The notes under the pieces are model-generated. The model was not told the origin of the DNA. It saw only the letters and a program-made list of their open reading frames with translations, and made no database searches. Of a stretch of 64,000 nucleotides of DNA, positions 19,300-29,450 are shown one piece after another. The position numbers were made by a program, and so were the translations under genes. The stretch comes from an uncultured Alphaproteobacteria bacterium. GTDB taxonomy: Bacteria > Pseudomonadota > Alphaproteobacteria > CAIYWZ01. The stretch covers positions 77,370 to 141,369 of the forward strand of contig CAZCFE010000001.1 of the NCBI GenBank assembly GCA_964497925.1, written 5' to 3'. The first letter of the stretch is position 1; the number at the start of each line of letters is the position of its first letter.

Positions 19300-20070
19300 A
19301 TGAAGCTTTCATGGAAAATTATTATATCAATGTTTTTAGTTAGCGCATTTAGCCTTACAATGCTTAGCACGCTAATGTATTATAAATATCATTCAAACCT
19401 TCAAAATTTAGTACAAGACAGATTCACAATCACATTACTTGATATCCAAAACTCAATTAAAAGTAACTTAAAGTTAGGAACTCAACTTTTTGAGATTGAT
19501 AACATCAAAAACATCATCTCCCATTCCAAAAAAAATGATCCAGATATTCTTTCCATAGAAGTTTTTGAAATTAAAAAAGGCAGAATAAATTCAATTCACA
19601 ACACTGATACACAAACAAAAATAGACCCCCTTGAAGAAAAGGGTATTCTTCACTCACAAGAGCCAATATGGAAAATTAAACAAGAAGCAACCACATTAAT
19701 TGGTGTGAACTTAAAAGATAGTATAAAAAAAGATATCGGCGGCATTGCAATCTGCTATTCAAACAAGCCCATCACTGATAATGAAAAAATTATTTTTAAC
19801 AAAATTTATCAAAGACTTGCCATTATGCTTCTTGTTATGTTGGTATTTATTTGGTTCTTAGTATCTGTCTTTTTTAGAAAAACATTCAATACGCTAAACC
19901 ATATGAAAAACTTACTATCAAATAAAAAATCAGAAAAATTAAGAGGCATGGACCAAGATTTATCTCAAGAGTTTCAAGAGACAGTATCAAAAATCCAAAA
20001 AGAAATGCAAGACCTAGAAAAAATAGAAAAATCTATAGATATGCTCACATCAATGAAAGAAAAAATATGA
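19300..20070 (+). CDS. Two-TM membrane protein with a ~145-aa periplasmic sensor-like domain and a short cytoplasmic coiled coil
   Basis: TM1 is aa 5-27 and TM2 is LAIMLLVMLVFIWFLVSVFF. The periplasmic segment has the same layout as the N-terminal module of the next gene (DILSIEVFEIKKGRINS versus EILFLAVSNTNGKILYN). The stop overlaps the next start (ATGA). Confidence 0.6.
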   Translation: MKLSWKIIISMFLVSAFSLTMLSTLMYYKYHSNLQNLVQDRFTITLLDIQNSIKSNLKLGTQLFEIDNIKNIISHSKKNDPDILSIEVFEIKKGRINSIHNTDTQTKIDPLEEKGILHSQEPIWKIKQEATTLIGVNLKDSIKKDIGGIAICYSNKPITDNEKIIFNKIYQRLAIMLLVMLVFIWFLVSVFFRKTFNTLNHMKNLLSNKKSEKLRGMDQDLSQEFQETVSKIQKEMQDLEKIEKSIDMLTSMKEKI

Positions 20071-22136
20071 TTTCTAAAGAAAGCATCATTGAAAGAAAGT
20101 TTAAAAAATTACACTTGAAACTTTTATTAAGCATTTTGACTCTTGTCATCATATCTTCATTTGCCTTGTTTTTTCTCCACTTTAAAGAATTAGAAAATCA
20201 TGTTTTACCTGAAATCGAGAAAAAAAACAAAGCAGTTGGAATGCTTTTAGAAAAAGATTTAGAACGGGCTCTAAATTATGATATACCTCTTGAAAAATTA
20301 AAACGCATGGATGTTTTTTTTCAGGATATTTTAAAGGACCATAAAGAAATTCTCTTTTTGGCCGTCTCAAACACAAACGGAAAAATTCTATACAACACAA
20401 AGTTAGATAAAAAAAAGTTGGATGTTGTAACCGTCAACAATAAGCCAAACCTAAAAATGGAAAAACATGATAATTTTTACCATTCTTCTTTTGGTCTAAA
20501 TCATCAAGAAAAAATTGCTGGGATCCTACACATTGGAACAAACGCCAATTATATCTCCTCCACCCTTAATGAAATTTCCTATGATGCTTTGATTATTTTA
20601 ATCATTTCATTAGTCATTGCTGCAGAAATTATATTTTTCATCATTCACGTCAACCTTACAAATCCAATTGAAAAATTAATAGAAGTATCTAAAAATGCAA
20701 GGATGAAAAGCGTTTCCATTAACAATATATACTCATCCAAAGATGAAATTGGATCTATTTTAAACGGCTTTAATAGTTTACTTATGGCTCTGCGCCTAAA
20801 ATCACAAACTGTATTAAAAAAAATAAAAGCTTCTGCGAAAAAATTTGATCATTTGAAAGAATTTCAAGAAATAAAAGCTAAAGCAATATCAAAAGCACAT
20901 ACGTTTGGTCATCAAAAAAACCAAAATGAATACTCACAAACACCTCACATAAGAACCCCTATTTTTCTGTTTATTTTTGCTGAAATGCTTCCCATATCCT
21001 TTCTTGCCACTTATGGATCAATTTTTTATGAACCTGTTTTTAACATTCCAAAAGACATTGTGATTGGACTGCCTGTGATTGCATTCATGCTAGTTTGTGC
21101 TTTGTTTACACCTTTTTCAGGACAGTTGGCAGATAAATATGGCTTAAAAAAAACATTCTTATGGGGTGTTGCCATTTCTGGTTTTGGATACATTGCAATT
21201 GTATTTGCAAATTCAATTCTTGCTCTTACCTTAATAAGGTGCATTAATGCAATTGGCTTTGCGTTATCATGCACAACCAGTCAGGCTATATTAGCCAGAG
21301 CAAGAACAAAAAATGGCGAGAGTTCTTCTAATACCTTTTTGTTCGCTTTTGCCTCCGCAACTCTTTGCGGAGCTCCAATTGGTGCTATTTTAGCTCAAAA
21401 TATTGGATATAATGCAACTTTTTTCCTCTCTGGTGTCATCTCGCTCATCCTTGGAGCGCTTGCTTACAAATTTATCATCGACCCACCTCAGATACGCAGC
21501 ACTATAATAGGAAATCAAATTTCAAACATGAAAATATTATTCAAAGACCCTCAGTTTTTGAAGCTATTAATCTTATCTGGACTGCCATCTAAAATTATGT
21601 ATAGTGGATTACTATTCTTTTTAGTTCCTGTTTATCTAACTAAAATTGGAACATCCCAGTCTGTTATTGGCAGAATTACAATGCTTTATGGATTATGTTT
21701 ATTAATAATGTCCCCCTTTCTTGCAAAAGTATTACCAAAATCCAATCAGACAAAATGGCACGTCTTTCTTGGCACATTATTAATGAGCTTAAGTTGTATC
21801 AGTATTATTATTTATATATATGCATTTCAAGACACCTCAATTATAAGCTTTGTGATTGCTATTTTGTTTTTAGGAATTGGCCATGCTTTACAAATAAACG
21901 CATCCATGTCAATCATCTTTACACTTTCAAATCACCACCATTCAAACTTAGGGCAAGCAACAATTATCAGCATTTATAATTCTATTGAACGTTACGGGTC
22001 TGTTTTGGGGCCGCTCATTTGTGCGGTCATTATCTCATACTACAGCATAGAATACGCACTCATTTGGATAAGTATTTTGACTTTTGTTCCAAGCCTTTTA
22101 ATGTTGCATCAATTTTATCGATGGAGAGCAAAATGA
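20067..22136 (+). CDS. Fusion protein: TM, periplasmic sensor-like domain, TM, HAMP, MFS transporter
   Basis: One uninterrupted 689-aa ORF. The HAMP-like segment NPIEKLIEVSKNA...SKDEIGSILNGFNSLLMAL spans about nt 20646-20804. The MFS core starts at about aa 295 and carries motif A GQLADKYGLKK. Confidence 0.65.
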   Translation: MISKESIIERKFKKLHLKLLLSILTLVIISSFALFFLHFKELENHVLPEIEKKNKAVGMLLEKDLERALNYDIPLEKLKRMDVFFQDILKDHKEILFLAVSNTNGKILYNTKLDKKKLDVVTVNNKPNLKMEKHDNFYHSSFGLNHQEKIAGILHIGTNANYISSTLNEISYDALIILIISLVIAAEIIFFIIHVNLTNPIEKLIEVSKNARMKSVSINNIYSSKDEIGSILNGFNSLLMALRLKSQTVLKKIKASAKKFDHLKEFQEIKAKAISKAHTFGHQKNQNEYSQTPHIRTPIFLFIFAEMLPISFLATYGSIFYEPVFNIPKDIVIGLPVIAFMLVCALFTPFSGQLADKYGLKKTFLWGVAISGFGYIAIVFANSILALTLIRCINAIGFALSCTTSQAILARARTKNGESSSNTFLFAFASATLCGAPIGAILAQNIGYNATFFLSGVISLILGALAYKFIIDPPQIRSTIIGNQISNMKILFKDPQFLKLLILSGLPSKIMYSGLLFFLVPVYLTKIGTSQSVIGRITMLYGLCLLIMSPFLAKVLPKSNQTKWHVFLGTLLMSLSCISIIIYIYAFQDTSIISFVIAILFLGIGHALQINASMSIIFTLSNHHHSNLGQATIISIYNSIERYGSVLGPLICAVIISYYSIEYALIWISILTFVPSLLMLHQFYRWRAK

Positions 22137-23122
22137 GATTATTAATTTTGTTGCTTACAGTATTTACAATAAATTTACAGGCAAGCACACAAAGCCACCC
22201 TTTTAAAATTTACATCATAACCTGGATTGGAAACACAGACTCGACAAAAGGATTTCAAGATTACTTAAAATTTAAAGACATCCCAACTGAAATAATTTTA
22301 AGAGCTGGAGACACAAAAATTGATCGCATTAAAGAGTTTAAAAAAGAGATTCGTCAACTCAAGCCAGATTTAATTTATATAGAAGGAACTCCCAGTGGAT
22401 TAGAGCTATACGGCCCACACGATAATATAGATCCTGCCAACCATATCACAGATATTCCAATTATTTCTGTCCTTCCCCCAACCCCCATTGCCTCTAAGAT
22501 GATTAAAGATTGGGGGCCAACAGGAAGAAATTTGTGCGGCGTTTCACATATGCTACCAATCAAAGCTCAGGTTCAAGCAATGAAAGATTATATGGATTTT
22601 AAAAAAATAGGAACGCTTTTTACACAAAATGAAAGCAATTCAATATCAGCCGTTAGTGATTTAGAACAGATAGGAATAAAGGAAGGATTTTCTGTCATAA
22701 AAACAGAAATTCCTATTAATCCAGAAACAAAAAAAGCAATTCCTGATGAAATTCCAAAAATATTAAAAAGCCTTGAAACAAAAGGTGTGGATTTGATTTA
22801 TATCCCAGCTGATACAACGTTATCCACAAATACAAAAATCCTAGAACAAGGAATTAACGAGATCAATATAGCATCTTTTGTTCCAATTGAGCTTCTTTTT
22901 ATAAAAACAAAAGCCTTAATGGGATTGGTTTCCAAATGGTACTCTGTAGGAGAATATGCAGGATATAAAGCAGAACAAATATTGGTCCACAAAAAAAGCG
23001 CATCTGAAATGAAGTTTGATCGCTTAGCAAACCATTCATTCTCAATTCGTAAAACAACTTTTAATAAAATTGAAAATTATCCCCCTATGAATCTTTTAAA
23101 ATATGCTGATATTGTAAATTAA
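22133..23122 (+). CDS. Periplasmic substrate-binding protein, COG2984/ABC_sub_bind-like
   Basis: Signal peptide MRLLILLLTVFTINLQA. Family-like blocks are GRNLCGVSHMLPIKAQV, KIGTLFTQNESNS, DLIYIPADTTL and GEYAGYKAEQIL. The ATG at 22133 overlaps the stop of the upstream gene (ATGA), and I discarded the track extension from 22019. Confidence 0.6.
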   Translation: MRLLILLLTVFTINLQASTQSHPFKIYIITWIGNTDSTKGFQDYLKFKDIPTEIILRAGDTKIDRIKEFKKEIRQLKPDLIYIEGTPSGLELYGPHDNIDPANHITDIPIISVLPPTPIASKMIKDWGPTGRNLCGVSHMLPIKAQVQAMKDYMDFKKIGTLFTQNESNSISAVSDLEQIGIKEGFSVIKTEIPINPETKKAIPDEIPKILKSLETKGVDLIYIPADTTLSTNTKILEQGINEINIASFVPIELLFIKTKALMGLVSKWYSVGEYAGYKAEQILVHKKSASEMKFDRLANHSFSIRKTTFNKIENYPPMNLLKYADIVN

Positions 23123-23199
23123 TGGTGCGCCCGACGGGATTCGAACCCATGGCCTCAGGATTAGGAATCCTGCGCTCTATCCTTCTGAGCTACGGGCGC
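23123..23199 (-). tRNA. tRNA-Arg (anticodon CCU), CCA encoded
   Basis: The reverse complement folds as a cloverleaf: acceptor GCGCCCG/CGGGCGC, D arm GCTC..GAGC, anticodon stem CAGGA/TCCTG with loop TTCCTAA, T arm ATGGG-TTCGAAT-CCCGT, discriminator A, CCA. Confidence 0.9.
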
Positions 23200-23350
23200 A
23201 TATATGAATATTTAGATTAATAGCAGTTTTTCATACTATAATCAATAATTTATAAGCGGAATAATTGACGGCCAATCCAATTTGAATCATCTTTTTGACA
23301 AAAACAATAAAGAATTGACTTTTTTTATGGTAAATTTTTTTCAAATTATG

Positions 23351-23414
23351 TATAATGTTATTTATAAAAGGTTTAATAATAGTGCTTTAAATAATTGATT
23401 TAAGGCTGTTTTTT
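23351..23414 (+). promoter_or_regulatory. Putative pnp promoter -10 (TATAAT at 23351) and leader hairpin plus T-tract (23384-23414)
   Basis: TGTATAAT is followed by a 9-bp AU-rich stem, gctttaaat/atttaaggc, with a 5-nt loop. The sequence tgtttttt comes next, ending 17 nt before the pnp ATG. Confidence 0.25.
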
Positions 23415-23431
23415 AGTTAAAGGAAAATTGA

Positions 23432-25540
23432 ATGTTTAATATTACTCGCGAAGAAATTCAATGGGGCGGACGCACACTAACCATAGAAACCGGCAAAATA
23501 GCTCGTCAAGCAGATGGAGCAGTTTTAATCACCTATGGAGAAACAATTGTGCTTTGTACGGCTGTTGGTGCAAAAAAAGCGGCGCCAGATATTGATTTTT
23601 TACCCCTGACAGTTCACTATCAAGAAAAAGCATTCGCAGCAGGTAAAATTCCAGGTGGTTTTATTAAACGTGAAGGAAGACCAAGTGAATTTGAAACTCT
23701 AAGCTCAAGACTAATTGATAGGCCAATTCGCCCTCTTTTCCCGGAAGGTTTTCATAATGAAATTCAAATTGTTTGCACAGTTTTAAGCCATGATTTAGAA
23801 AACATGTCTGATATTGTTGCTATGATTGGAGCATCAGCTGCTCTTTCAATCTCAGGTCTTCCTTTCCAAGGGCCAATTGCTGGTGTTCGTATTGGATATC
23901 AAAATGGAGAATTCATTCTCAATCCAACAATTGATGAACTTAAAGACTCCGACCTTGAACTTCTCGTAGCGGGAACAACACAAGGTATTTTAATGGTTGA
24001 GTCCGAAGCAAAAGAGCTCTCAGAAGAAGTTATGCTCAATGCTGTTATTTTTGGACACAAGCAAATGCAACCAGTTATAAACATGATCAATTCTTTAAAG
24101 AAAAAGTGTGGGAAACCAGAATGGGAGACAAACATCACTCCAATTTGGGAGCAAGATATTTATAAGAAAATTGAAAAAGAGTCATTAAAGCAAGTGGTTT
24201 TGGCTTATCAAGAAAAAGAAAAATTAAAACGCTACGGTGTTCTTAATGAATTATCAGACGCAGCAGTTGAAAAATTCTCAAGTGAAACAACTTCAAAAAA
24301 AGATGTTCAAAGCGCATTTGAGCATCTTAAATATAGAGTAATGCGTGATATGATTTTAGACAACGGGGTCAGAGTTGATGGAAGAGATACAAAAACAATT
24401 CGCCCAATTCTTTCCGAAATTGGTGTTTTACCAAGAGCTCACGGAAGCGCTCTCTTTACAAGAGGGGAAACTCAAGCTTTTGTCGTCACAACTCTTGGAA
24501 CAGGACAAGATGAGCAGTTAATTGATTCACTCGAAGGAGAATACAAAGAACGCTTTATGCTACATTACAATGCCCCATCTTATTCTGTTGGCGAAGTTGG
24601 AAGAATGTCCTCTCCTGGAAGACGTGAAATTGGTCACGGAAAATTAGCATGGAGAGCTATTCGACCAGTATTCCCAGGGAAAGATGCGTTCCCATATACA
24701 ATACGAGTTGTTGCAGAAATCACAGAAATGAACGGATCTTCTTCAATGGCTACAGTTTGCGGATCCTCTTTAGCATTAATGGATGCAGGCGTTCCTCTTT
24801 CAAGGCCTGTTGCAGGGATTGCTATGGGACTTATTAAAGAAGGTAAAAAGTTTTCTGTTCTTTCCGATATCCTTGGCGATGAAGACCACTTAGGGGATAT
24901 GGACTTTAAGGTCACAGGAACTGACAAAGGAATCACAGCTCTGCAAATGGACATTAAAATCACAAGTATTGATGAAGCCATTATGAAGCAAGCCCTTTCT
25001 CAAGCAAAAGAAGGAAGAATGCATATTTTGGGTGAAATGCAAAAAGCAATTGGTTCAGCCAGAGAAGAAGTTAGCGGAAATGCACCGCGGATTATCAGTT
25101 TCTCAATTCCAAAAGAAAAAATCAGAGAAGTTATCGGAACTGGCGGAAAAGTGATTCGTGAAATTGTTGAAGCAACTGGTGTTAAGATTGATATTGAAGA
25201 TGACGGCAATGTAAAAGTTGCAGGGGTTGACTCTGAAAAGTTAGATGATGCAATCGCATGGATTAAATCTATTGCTATGGATCCTATCGTAGGTGATATT
25301 TTAGATGTTGAAGTTGTTCGCATAGCTGATTTTGGTGCTTTTGTCTCATTCTGGCGTGGACGTGACGGTTTAGTCCACATTAGCGAACTCGCTCATAAAC
25401 GAGTAGAAAAAACAACCGATGTTGTAAAAATGGGAGATAAATTCCAAGTAAAGGTTATTGGAATTGAGGAAAAAGGCAAAATCAGACTCAGTCTTAAAGC
25501 AATGATCGAAAAACCAGCTACGGAACAACAAGCATCATGA
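23432..25540 (+). CDS. pnp: Polyribonucleotide nucleotidyltransferase (PNPase)
   Basis: 702 aa with two RNase PH domains, a KH domain ([10 protein letters not shown]) and an S1 domain (FGAFVSF...GLVHISEL). Confidence 0.95.
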   Translation: MFNITREEIQWGGRTLTIETGKIARQADGAVLITYGETIVLCTAVGAKKAAPDIDFLPLTVHYQEKAFAAGKIPGGFIKREGRPSEFETLSSRLIDRPIRPLFPEGFHNEIQIVCTVLSHDLENMSDIVAMIGASAALSISGLPFQGPIAGVRIGYQNGEFILNPTIDELKDSDLELLVAGTTQGILMVESEAKELSEEVMLNAVIFGHKQMQPVINMINSLKKKCGKPEWETNITPIWEQDIYKKIEKESLKQVVLAYQEKEKLKRYGVLNELSDAAVEKFSSETTSKKDVQSAFEHLKYRVMRDMILDNGVRVDGRDTKTIRPILSEIGVLPRAHGSALFTRGETQAFVVTTLGTGQDEQLIDSLEGEYKERFMLHYNAPSYSVGEVGRMSSPGRREIGHGKLAWRAIRPVFPGKDAFPYTIRVVAEITEMNGSSSMATVCGSSLALMDAGVPLSRPVAGIAMGLIKEGKKFSVLSDILGDEDHLGDMDFKVTGTDKGITALQMDIKITSIDEAIMKQALSQAKEGRMHILGEMQKAIGSAREEVSGNAPRIISFSIPKEKIREVIGTGGKVIREIVEATGVKIDIEDDGNVKVAGVDSEKLDDAIAWIKSIAMDPIVGDILDVEVVRIADFGAFVSFWRGRDGLVHISELAHKRVEKTTDVVKMGDKFQVKVIGIEEKGKIRLSLKAMIEKPATEQQAS

Positions 25541-26934
25541 AATCATTAAACTCCATACTTATAGGCAACAAAGAAATCCTTCCTCTTATTGAAGGGGGAA
25601 AGGGGATTTCTGCGACAAACGGTATTAGCTCAGGAGCCTGGGCTAAAACTGGCGGAATTGGAACATTTTCTGGTGTTAATGCTGATTACTACGATCATGA
25701 TGGTAACATTATGCCTCAAATCTATAAAGGTAAAACCAGGTTAGAAAAACATGAAGAGTTGATTCAGTTTGGAATTCAAGGCGGGATCGCACAAGCACAG
25801 ATTGCACATGATGTTGCTGGCGGTCAAGGAATGATCAATATGAATATCCTGTGGGAAATGGGAGGTGCAATTCCCATTCTTAATGGAATTCTTTCAAAAG
25901 CGAAGGGATTAATTCATGGAATCACATGCGGAGCAGGGATGCCCTATAAGCTTGGGGAAATTGCAAAACAGTATGACATGTTGTTCTATCCAATCGTTTC
26001 CTCAGCCAGAGCTTTTAATATTTTATGGAAACGTGCTTATCACAAAGTAAGTGAAAATTTAGGTGCTGTTGTTTATGAAGATCCTTGGCTTGCGGGGGGG
26101 CACAATGGACTCAGTAACGCCGAAGATCCAAACTCACCGCAGTCTCCTTACGAAAGAGTTCTTGCATTAAGAAACACACTTCGTGAGCTTGGTCACTCAA
26201 TGATTCCAATTATCATGGCAGGGGGTGTTTGGTGGCTTAAAGAATGGGAAAATTGGATCGACAATGAAGAGCTTGGTCCTATTGCCTTTCAATTTGGAAC
26301 AAGGCCGCTTCTAACCCAAGAAAGCCCAATATCCAAAGCCTGGAAAGATCACCTTTTGACACTTAAAAAAGGACAGATTTATTTAAATAAATTCAGCCCT
26401 ACTGGTTTTTACTCTTCTGCTGTCGAAAATGATTTTTTAAATAATCTTAAAAGCAGAACACAAAGACAAATTGAATATAAAGATAAACCAGAAAATGATT
26501 TCACATCTGGGTTTGAATATGGTCCACGTAACAGAGTATTGTTTTTAAAGTCAGATGATCACGCAAAAGCATCATCCTGGAAATCCTCTGGTTATACAGA
26601 TATAATCAAAACACCTGACGATACAATTGTTTTTGTTACGCCAGAAGATGGATATCAAATTCATAAAGATCAAGTTGATTGTATGGGATGCTTAAGTGCT
26701 TGTAATTTTAGCAACTGGTCTCAACATGAAGGAAATACAACAGGGAGAAAACCAGACCCACGATCTTTTTGCATTCAAAAAAGCCTTCAAAATATTGCAC
26801 ACGGACAAAACATACAAGATAACTTAATGTTTGCTGGACACAATGCCTATAGATTTGGTCAAGATCCTTTTTATGAAAATGGTTTTATTCCAACAGTTCA
26901 AGAACTTGTTGATAGAATAATAACGGGGTATTAA
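25537..26934 (+). CDS. Nitronate monooxygenase / 2-nitropropane dioxygenase family (long form)
   Basis: TIM-barrel NMO-like blocks [22 protein letters not shown] and IIMAGGVWW. The start overlaps the pnp stop (ATGA). Confidence 0.55.
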   Translation: MKSLNSILIGNKEILPLIEGGKGISATNGISSGAWAKTGGIGTFSGVNADYYDHDGNIMPQIYKGKTRLEKHEELIQFGIQGGIAQAQIAHDVAGGQGMINMNILWEMGGAIPILNGILSKAKGLIHGITCGAGMPYKLGEIAKQYDMLFYPIVSSARAFNILWKRAYHKVSENLGAVVYEDPWLAGGHNGLSNAEDPNSPQSPYERVLALRNTLRELGHSMIPIIMAGGVWWLKEWENWIDNEELGPIAFQFGTRPLLTQESPISKAWKDHLLTLKKGQIYLNKFSPTGFYSSAVENDFLNNLKSRTQRQIEYKDKPENDFTSGFEYGPRNRVLFLKSDDHAKASSWKSSGYTDIIKTPDDTIVFVTPEDGYQIHKDQVDCMGCLSACNFSNWSQHEGNTTGRKPDPRSFCIQKSLQNIAHGQNIQDNLMFAGHNAYRFGQDPFYENGFIPTVQELVDRIITGY

Positions 26935-26936
26935 TC

Positions 26937-28265
26937 ATGTATAAGTTTGGATTTTCAATAGATAAAAAAAACGCTATTCCTTTGGTAATAGAAACATTTG
27001 AAAATATTGATAAATACAACTCATCCACTCCTTACCCTTTGAAAAAAGAAAGTCTTGTTTTTTTAGAGCCTCCTTTTAGTCATTGGTTATTTATTGCTGA
27101 TCCAGAAAAATCATACCACCAATTTGGAGTCCTACCAAAACAACTACCACCTGATGTCTTTTTTATTGAAAAACGAAAAGACCAATTTGATAGTCATGAT
27201 ATATTTTTAGGTTGGGCACTTGGTAGTTATGTTTTTGATCAATACAAAACAACCAAGAATAAGAACAAACCTTTATTATTTTTAGAGGATGAAAAATCAA
27301 TATCTGATATTTTGGCTATTTATATTACACGAGATCTAATTAACACCCCTCCAAACGACATGGGGCCAAAAGAGTTTGTTGAGTATGCAACCTATATGCT
27401 CAAAGATACAACAGCTGTTGTTCAGATCCATAAAGCAGATTTAAAAACATGGCCTAGCGTTTATCATGTTGGGAAAGGAAGCACTCGTGAACCATTGGTA
27501 TTAGAAATTGATTGGTCTCCTGAGGTCTCTAATTTATCGATTGGTCTTGCTGGTAAGGGTATTTGCTTTGATACTGGCGGATACAACCTTAAAACTGGTA
27601 CATCCATGAATCTAATGAAAAAAGATATGGGAGGCGCAGCACAAGCTTTAGCTCTTACAAAGTGGATTATCGATGAAAAGCTACCTATAAAACTCAAAAC
27701 CATTATTCCTTTAGCTGAAAATAGCATTTCCGGATCGGCTTATAGACCCTCTGATGTTATCACATCTAAAAAAGGAATCACAATTGAGGTAGGAGATACA
27801 GATGCTGAAGGAAGAATTGTTTTATGTGATGCTCTTTATGCATTATGTGAAAACAAGCCGGACCTTGTAATTGATTTTGCAACACTTACTGGAGCTGCTC
27901 GTATCGCTCTTGGTGAAATTCCTGCTCTTTTTTCTAATAACCAAAATTTAGCAAAAGATCTACTCAATATCGCAAACAAGATTCATGATCCATTATGGCA
28001 ATTACCTTTATGGGAACCATACAAAAAAAATATCAAAGGGAAAGTTGCGGATATAAGCAACATAGGATCTTCTCCTTATGCTGGAGCAATAACAGCGGCA
28101 TTGTTTTTAAATGAATTTATCCCCGATGATATTCCTTGGGCTCATATTGACTTTATGGCATGGAACCTTCAAAATTCTCCCGCACGTCCGGAAGGTGCTG
28201 AAGCAATGGGACTTAGATCTGTATTCGAATATTTAAAGCAAAAGGCGCACAATGAATTACGTTAA
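26937..28265 (+). CDS. M17 leucyl aminopeptidase family protein
   Basis: Blocks GKGICFDTGGYNLK, MKKDMGGAA and VGDTDAEGRIVLCDAL. Confidence 0.8.
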   Translation: MYKFGFSIDKKNAIPLVIETFENIDKYNSSTPYPLKKESLVFLEPPFSHWLFIADPEKSYHQFGVLPKQLPPDVFFIEKRKDQFDSHDIFLGWALGSYVFDQYKTTKNKNKPLLFLEDEKSISDILAIYITRDLINTPPNDMGPKEFVEYATYMLKDTTAVVQIHKADLKTWPSVYHVGKGSTREPLVLEIDWSPEVSNLSIGLAGKGICFDTGGYNLKTGTSMNLMKKDMGGAAQALALTKWIIDEKLPIKLKTIIPLAENSISGSAYRPSDVITSKKGITIEVGDTDAEGRIVLCDALYALCENKPDLVIDFATLTGAARIALGEIPALFSNNQNLAKDLLNIANKIHDPLWQLPLWEPYKKNIKGKVADISNIGSSPYAGAITAALFLNEFIPDDIPWAHIDFMAWNLQNSPARPEGAEAMGLRSVFEYLKQKAHNELR

Positions 28266-29436
28266 ATTATTTCTCAAAAAAGGATGTCAAAATAGATTTA
28301 AAAATGGCTCTCCTTGGGTTTATTCCAATGAAATTGTTTTAGATTCTGATATTAAAGCTCTCTTGCCAGGAACACTTGTTATACTCTGCACATCTCCAGA
28401 TTCAGGAGGTAGGGAACTTGGCGTGGGTTATTTTAATCCTCATTCACTTATCTCTTTTAGACTTTTAAGTGAAAATGCCAGCGATATCATTGATGTAAAC
28501 TTTATTATACAAAAAATAAAAAACGCTCATAAGTTACGTGAACAGTTTTACACATCCCCATATTACAGACTTATTCACAGCGAAGCCGATGGTTTTCCTG
28601 GTCTTATTATTGATCGTTATGGTGATACTTTTTGTGTTCAAGCAAACACGGCTGGAATTGAGCTTTTGACTCCTTTATTTATAGAAGCCTTACAAACTGT
28701 TTTTACAGTTAAACATTTAGTGTTAAAAAATGACAGTCCAATTCGAGCGCTTGAGGGGCTTGATCTTTATTCAAAAGAGGTTGTGGGAAAACTTTCAGAA
28801 GCCACAAAGGTTGTTGAAAATGATATAGAGTTTTCTTGTGATTTAAGAGATGGACAAAAAACTGGATGGTTTTACGATCAAAGAGAAAATAGACGTTTTG
28901 TCTCTTCTTTTGCAAAAGGAAAAAATGTTTTAGATGCTTATTGTTATATTGGCGGCTTTGGAATCAACTGTGCGACACAAGGAGCAAAAAATGTCACATG
29001 CTTAGATAGGTCGGAATCAGCAATTTCTTATGCTCAAGAAACAGCAAAAAAACTAAACATCAGCAATATTAAATTTGAAAAAAACAATGTTTTTGATTTT
29101 TTCAATGAATACAAAGGAGAACCTTTTGATATAATCATATTAGATCCTCCAGCATTTATAAAAACAAAAAAAGATCTTCAAGTCGGATTAAAAGGATATA
29201 CAAAACTAATTAAGATTGCTCTTTCTCATGTTGGATCTGGAGGATTTGTTTTTTTTGCATCATGTTCTCATCACTTAAGTCTTGAGTTGTTTCAACAGGT
29301 TCTCTCGCAAGGAATCTTGTCATCTGGTAAAAATGCGCGTATTCTAAAAACAGTTGGCGCAGGTATGGATCACCCCATCCACCCACACTTGCCAGAAACG
29401 ATGTATTTAAAGGGTGCGTTTTTTCAAGTTATATAA
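28252..29436 (+). CDS. PUA-domain class I SAM-dependent rRNA methyltransferase (RlmI-like)
   Basis: N-terminal GSPWVYSNEI (PUA/EEHEE), KTGWFYDQREN, and ILDPPAF motif IV. It overlaps the upstream gene by 14 nt. Confidence 0.7.
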   Translation: MNYVKLFLKKGCQNRFKNGSPWVYSNEIVLDSDIKALLPGTLVILCTSPDSGGRELGVGYFNPHSLISFRLLSENASDIIDVNFIIQKIKNAHKLREQFYTSPYYRLIHSEADGFPGLIIDRYGDTFCVQANTAGIELLTPLFIEALQTVFTVKHLVLKNDSPIRALEGLDLYSKEVVGKLSEATKVVENDIEFSCDLRDGQKTGWFYDQRENRRFVSSFAKGKNVLDAYCYIGGFGINCATQGAKNVTCLDRSESAISYAQETAKKLNISNIKFEKNNVFDFFNEYKGEPFDIIILDPPAFIKTKKDLQVGLKGYTKLIKIALSHVGSGGFVFFASCSHHLSLELFQQVLSQGILSSGKNARILKTVGAGMDHPIHPHLPETMYLKGAFFQVI

Positions 29437-29450
29437 AAAGGTAGAAACTC

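Noticed and set aside
22019-22132. Track N-terminal extension of the binding-protein ORF.
   Set aside because: It overlaps the last TM helices of the MFS fusion gene in another frame. The ATG at 22133 gives a proper signal peptide and an ATGA coupling.
22820-22828. Isolated perfect DnaA box TTATCCACA inside the binding-protein gene, and another (reverse) at 50603-50611 inside hemC.
   Set aside because: Each is a single box within coding sequence with no neighbouring boxes or AT-rich tract, which is consistent with chance occurrence.
23123-23199. tRNA-Arg as the attachment site of a genomic island.
   Set aside because: No integrase, no direct repeat of the tRNA 3' end, and no compositional break are visible on either side. 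The neighbours are pnp and the sensor/MFS/binding-protein locus.
24634-25380. Two long antisense ORFs (115 and 126 aa) inside pnp. Similar ones occur at 45621-46010, 54656-55042 and 56858-57244.
   Set aside because: They lie fully inside strongly supported genes on the opposite strand. They have low-complexity Ser/Ile/Pro-rich translations and no RBS or motif, so they are shadow ORFs typical of biased composition.
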